Shown here: positions 60,297-64,000 of the stretch, piece after piece
Numbering within the stretch: the first letter of the stretch is position 1
How the letters are laid out: each line of letters begins with the position of its first letter
Assembly: GCA_046538485.1 (NCBI GenBank)
Contig: JBKHIT010000004.1
Coordinates: forward strand, 64,001-128,000
DNA length: 64,000 bases
Direction of reading: 5' to 3'
Source of the DNA: Candidatus Brocadiia bacterium
GTDB taxonomy: Bacteria; Planctomycetota; Brocadiia; SM23-32
Notes under the pieces: model-generated
The model's database searches: none
Told to the model about the DNA's origin: nothing
The model's input: only the letters and a program-made list of their open reading frames with translations
Translations under genes and position numbers: made by a program

Positions 60297-61589
60297 ATGC
60301 TTAAAGCCATCATTGTCGGTGCCGGACATCGTGGTCTCCTCTACGCTTCGTATGCCAACAGCCATCCGGACAGACTGGGCATCGTCGGCGTTGCGGATCC
60401 CGATCCGCTTCGGCGCCAGAAAGCGGCCGAACAGCACGATATACCGGCCGATATGCAGTGGGAGACGGCCCAGGAACTGGCCGCTGAACCCCGGCACGCC
60501 GACTTCATCATTAACGCCACAATGGACCATCACCATGTGCCCACTTCGATCCCGCTGCTGGAAGCGGGTTACGATATCCTGCTGGAAAAACCGTTTGCCA
60601 CAAACGAGGACGAAATGTGGGATCTTGTGGAAACGGCCCGCAGCTGCGACCGGCGTGTAGCTATCTGCCATGTGCTGCGTTATGCCCCCTTCTACGCAGC
60701 GATTCGGCAGCGTGTGGCTGCGGGAGAAATCGGAGATATCCTGAACGTCCAGCTGACCGAGCATGTATCGTATCACCACATGGCCGTCGGATTCGTTCGC
60801 GGGAAATGGAACAACGAAGCCAAGTGCCATTCCACCATGTTGATGGCCAAAAGTTGTCATGATCTCGATCTTATGATCTGGGTGAAGAGCGGCATACGAC
60901 CCGCCCGGGTCGCAAGTTTTGGCAGCAACTACCAGTTTATGCCGGAAAAAGCACCAGAAAACGCTGGAACGCGATGTCTCGTCGACTGTCCCATCGAAGA
61001 AGACTGTCTATACTCCGCGCGCAAACATTACATCGACCACCCCGATCGCTGGTCATTCTACGTCTGGGCATCCCTGGAAGATATCGAGAACCCGACCATT
61101 GAAGATAAAATAGAATCTCTTAAAACGGACAATCCCTTCGGCCGATGCGTCTGGAAATGCGACAACGATGTGGTCGATCACCAGTCAGTTGTTGTCGATT
61201 TTGAGGACGGATGCACCGGCACCATGAACATGATCGGCGGGACGGCGAAACCGGGTCGATCCATACACCTTGTGGGAACGGAAGGGGAAATTCAGGGCGC
61301 CATCGAGGATACCACTTTCGTTATCCGCCATATCGATACACGCCCCGGCCATGAATACAGCGAAGAGGAAATGGACATCAATGCCATGGGGGACACCTCC
61401 GGCGTCACAGGCGGCCACGGGGGCGGCGACCTGCGTCTTGTGGACGACTTTGTGCGTGTTCTGAGCGGCGAGCAACCGTCAATATCGTGGACGGGACTGG
61501 AGGATTCGGTCAGCGGCCATCTGATCGGTTTTGCAGCGGACGAAGCCCGTGAAGACAACACCACCGTCGACCTGCAATTCCAGCTGTGA
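60297..61589 (+). CDS. Gfo/Idh/MocA family oxidoreductase
   Basis: IIVGAGHRG, LLEKP, CHVLRY, KSCHDLD, GHGGGD. Confidence 0.92.
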   Translation: MLKAIIVGAGHRGLLYASYANSHPDRLGIVGVADPDPLRRQKAAEQHDIPADMQWETAQELAAEPRHADFIINATMDHHHVPTSIPLLEAGYDILLEKPFATNEDEMWDLVETARSCDRRVAICHVLRYAPFYAAIRQRVAAGEIGDILNVQLTEHVSYHHMAVGFVRGKWNNEAKCHSTMLMAKSCHDLDLMIWVKSGIRPARVASFGSNYQFMPEKAPENAGTRCLVDCPIEEDCLYSARKHYIDHPDRWSFYVWASLEDIENPTIEDKIESLKTDNPFGRCVWKCDNDVVDHQSVVVDFEDGCTGTMNMIGGTAKPGRSIHLVGTEGEIQGAIEDTTFVIRHIDTRPGHEYSEEEMDINAMGDTSGVTGGHGGGDLRLVDDFVRVLSGEQPSISWTGLEDSVSGHLIGFAADEAREDNTTVDLQFQL

Positions 61590-61774
61590 ATTGCGCTGCC
61601 AGAATCGGAGTCAGTTGTCACCAAATATGGGGGATCCCTGCGAAGTCGCGCCTCGAACTGACCTCGGCAGAATGACTCTCAACTCCTAAAAATAAGTGTT
61701 ATGGACCACTAACCTGCAAATGTTTTCGCCGTTTGTAATAACTCTCCAAACGTGCGATTCGCAGCAGAGAACAT

Positions 61775-64000
61775 TTAAAAATCGTAAATTGGCTTTCTTT
61801 CAGGCTCTGTCTGCTGCGGCTGTGTCTTCCCCATCACACACCGCCAGGGGTGCAAGCCTTCTGCCAGACGTTTTGCCGCGACGGCCCATGGTGTGTCTGA
61901 ATGTCTGTCCTGGACAGATTTAATGTGTTTCAACGCTTCTTGATATTCGCGTTTTGCTGCACGGGGCCCGACGAAATCCTCGGGAGCCCTGCCCCTTACC
62001 ATAGCATAAACTTTCCCGGTCGGTACTCCTCCACCGTGTAGGCTCTGCCATTTTGCCAGCACCTCGTGATATTGTCCCAACATGAAGTGAATTCGGTGCA
62101 ATTCGGCGAGCGTCAGGTGAGCATGCGCCAGCCACCGTTTTCGGTTGTGTAAAGAGTCCGTTGAACCGGATTCCGCTCCCGCTTTCAGTATTTCGTCAAG
62201 TTCGCCAAGCGACTGCGAGCAAAACTCTCTGCCTTTACGAGCTTTTTGGAGACACGCCTTTAGTTCTTCCGTTGAGTCGATCCGGCATTTCAAGTAGAGA
62301 TCGGGCATACCTTTCCAGACCTTTCGGAGCGTCTTTCGCAAGGGATCTTCCTTGCAGCTTTTGTCGTATTTTTTCCGGCTGCAAATGTCCGGTGGGTAGC
62401 CGACAAACAACTTCTGCGGATCGTAATCAAACGCGTCATCAAGGAGAGAATAAACCCCCTTCGTGTAAACGCACAGACGATTCAGATTGTAAATACCATA
62501 TCCCGATGGGATACCATCGAGTCGGCCTTCCCACCGTGACCATCTATCCAGATCTTCCACCCACCACAGCTCCGGGCGGGGACATTCCGGACCCCGCTCG
62601 ACCCAGCCCGAACGCAATTTTCCTGCCTTTTTGTCACCTTTTGGTTTCAGGTCAGTCTGTTCTCGTCTCAGAGCAATGCGTTCCCGGGGCGTACAGAAAC
62701 TCGCGATCTTCCCGAGTACGAAAAAGCGTGTGTTTGCTTTGCGCAACATACGGACTGTGCGTTCCAGCGACTCATTACTTTCCAGATCATCCCCTGCCTC
62801 GTCAGTCAAAGCCGCGATCAAAATGTGCTTGTACTTATCAGCACCGAAATACTGTAGTGCCGTTTCAATGGCTCCTCCCAGGTTCTCAATGCCGCTATTG
62901 TCAGGTTTCATTTCACCGAAAAGCCCCTCCAGCAGTGGCAAACTATACGTGGGCTCACGGACTATCTGGCTGTCTTTTCCGTAAGCCATCACGGCCCATT
63001 TCAAATTCTTCTGACTTGCTTCCGGCAGGTTTTCTTCAACCTCTTCGTAGTCGTGATTCAGTTTACGGGAGAACGCAGATACTTGAGAGCACCGCATACT
63101 TGGTGAGCGATCCACCAGGAAGACAACAAGCGTTTTTCCCCGTACAGCTGAATTGATAGCTGCAATGCATAAATGAGAAACGGCAGGAGGTATTCTTTCC
63201 CGGTCGGGTTTTGGTTTGTCCAGCTTTCTTAGAACCGGCAATTCGATATCTTCCAGTTTTTTTCGTGTCACTGTATCGGCCGACTTTCTGCTCCCTGATC
63301 TTCTGGAAGGTTCTCCTACACGTTTTCGAGACACCTGCAAAGTGGGATCATACGCCCTATGTTCTATGAAGCGAATTCTTACCGCGAAAAACGATCCGAT
63401 CGGAGTCTGGTCCACGGCAAAAAGAGCTATGTTTTTCCGGGTCGGCCGAAGGGCTTTCAATAGACTTTTCAAATCTCCGCAGGGTACATCCGGCCGGCAC
63501 GTCACCCAGATGTGGGCACTATTTACGCGCTTCCCCGGTCCCAGCCGCGAATTCCATGACAATTCCCGCAAGACCGAGGGACCGGCGGCCAAATTAAGGC
63601 GCTTTTCTATTTCCTGCCGGGATAGTATGCACGGCCCCGCAGTCTCGCGATAGACAGTCTTTCCTTGCGGCGTGCGACAAATCGTTATCGTCAGCGCCTC
63701 GCGCAGTTCCCGTCGCTCACGCCGGGTATAGGCGGGGAATTTACGGGCCGACGCTTCGGGGCCGACATCCCCGATCAGATCAATCGGTTCCGGCGACAGA
63801 TCCGTTTTAACCGTCAGGCTTTTCAGTCTCCATTTCTTTCTTTTTGTAACGCGCTCCGCCTTAATACCGACCCGTCCAGTCCCTTTACTACCAGAGATGT
63901 TGAAAGACAAATCAACCATCGTCGGTTCTTGGAAATTGTCGAATTGCCATCCCAGTATCTTTCCCGCCGCGATCGACTTTCCCAGAACGCCGATAACACG
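61775..64000 (-). CDS. Multidomain VWA protein, partial (5' end beyond the window)
   Basis: Frame open to 64000 (RVIGVLGKSIAAG...); VWA with DRSPSM and LTDEAGDD; N-terminal Coa1-like and ExbD-like segments. Confidence 0.75.
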   Translation of the reverse strand, partial: RVIGVLGKSIAAGKILGWQFDNFQEPTMVDLSFNISGSKGTGRVGIKAERVTKRKKWRLKSLTVKTDLSPEPIDLIGDVGPEASARKFPAYTRRERRELREALTITICRTPQGKTVYRETAGPCILSRQEIEKRLNLAAGPSVLRELSWNSRLGPGKRVNSAHIWVTCRPDVPCGDLKSLLKALRPTRKNIALFAVDQTPIGSFFAVRIRFIEHRAYDPTLQVSRKRVGEPSRRSGSRKSADTVTRKKLEDIELPVLRKLDKPKPDRERIPPAVSHLCIAAINSAVRGKTLVVFLVDRSPSMRCSQVSAFSRKLNHDYEEVEENLPEASQKNLKWAVMAYGKDSQIVREPTYSLPLLEGLFGEMKPDNSGIENLGGAIETALQYFGADKYKHILIAALTDEAGDDLESNESLERTVRMLRKANTRFFVLGKIASFCTPRERIALRREQTDLKPKGDKKAGKLRSGWVERGPECPRPELWWVEDLDRWSRWEGRLDGIPSGYGIYNLNRLCVYTKGVYSLLDDAFDYDPQKLFVGYPPDICSRKKYDKSCKEDPLRKTLRKVWKGMPDLYLKCRIDSTEELKACLQKARKGREFCSQSLGELDEILKAGAESGSTDSLHNRKRWLAHAHLTLAELHRIHFMLGQYHEVLAKWQSLHGGGVPTGKVYAMVRGRAPEDFVGPRAAKREYQEALKHIKSVQDRHSDTPWAVAAKRLAEGLHPWRCVMGKTQPQQTEPERKPIYDF

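Overview
This 64 kb bacterial window most likely comes from a Planctomycetota/PVC-type genome. The evidence is a DUF1559-type prepilin with an H-X9-DG motif, a MoxR-DUF58-BatA-VWA operon, a DUF6785 membrane protein and a PEP-CTERM remnant. 1-9.1 kb: partial GT4 glycosyltransferase, a lipoprotein with about 11 D-x-x-G-x-D-x-Y repeats, a DUF6785 protein, a coiled-coil protein, a GlmU-like protein and an Fe-S aldo/keto reductase. 9.7-25.8 kb: tRNA-Gly(CCC), then an accessory, visibly decaying glycan-processing region with a sulfatase::ceramidase-like chimera, a frameshifted heparinase II/III gene, a GH78 gene with an apparent microhomology deletion, SGNH, M14, URO-D-like, VOC and PL2-like genes, a truncated URO-D-like gene and an S9 peptidase. 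Two palindromic repeat families are scattered through it. 26.6-39.9 kb: lexA with a divergent small gene, dnaJ-hsp20-lon, TrkH/KtrB, prfB with its programmed frameshift, an MlaE/F/D + PqiC-like operon, and tRNA-Leu(TAA) and tRNA-Cys(GCA) separated by a pilin-like gene. 40.5-58.5 kb: a TMEM43 homologue and an 8-gene MoxR/VWA operon headed by two paralogous exported proteins that each carry six tandem Sm/SH3-like beta repeats; this is the best candidate for an undescribed system. 58.9-64 kb: SGNH lipoprotein, Gfo/Idh/MocA oxidoreductase and a partial Coa1-like/ExbD-like/VWA fusion. I saw no CRISPR array, integrase, transposase, reverse transcriptase or rRNA. All family calls come from reading motifs by eye, not from database searches.
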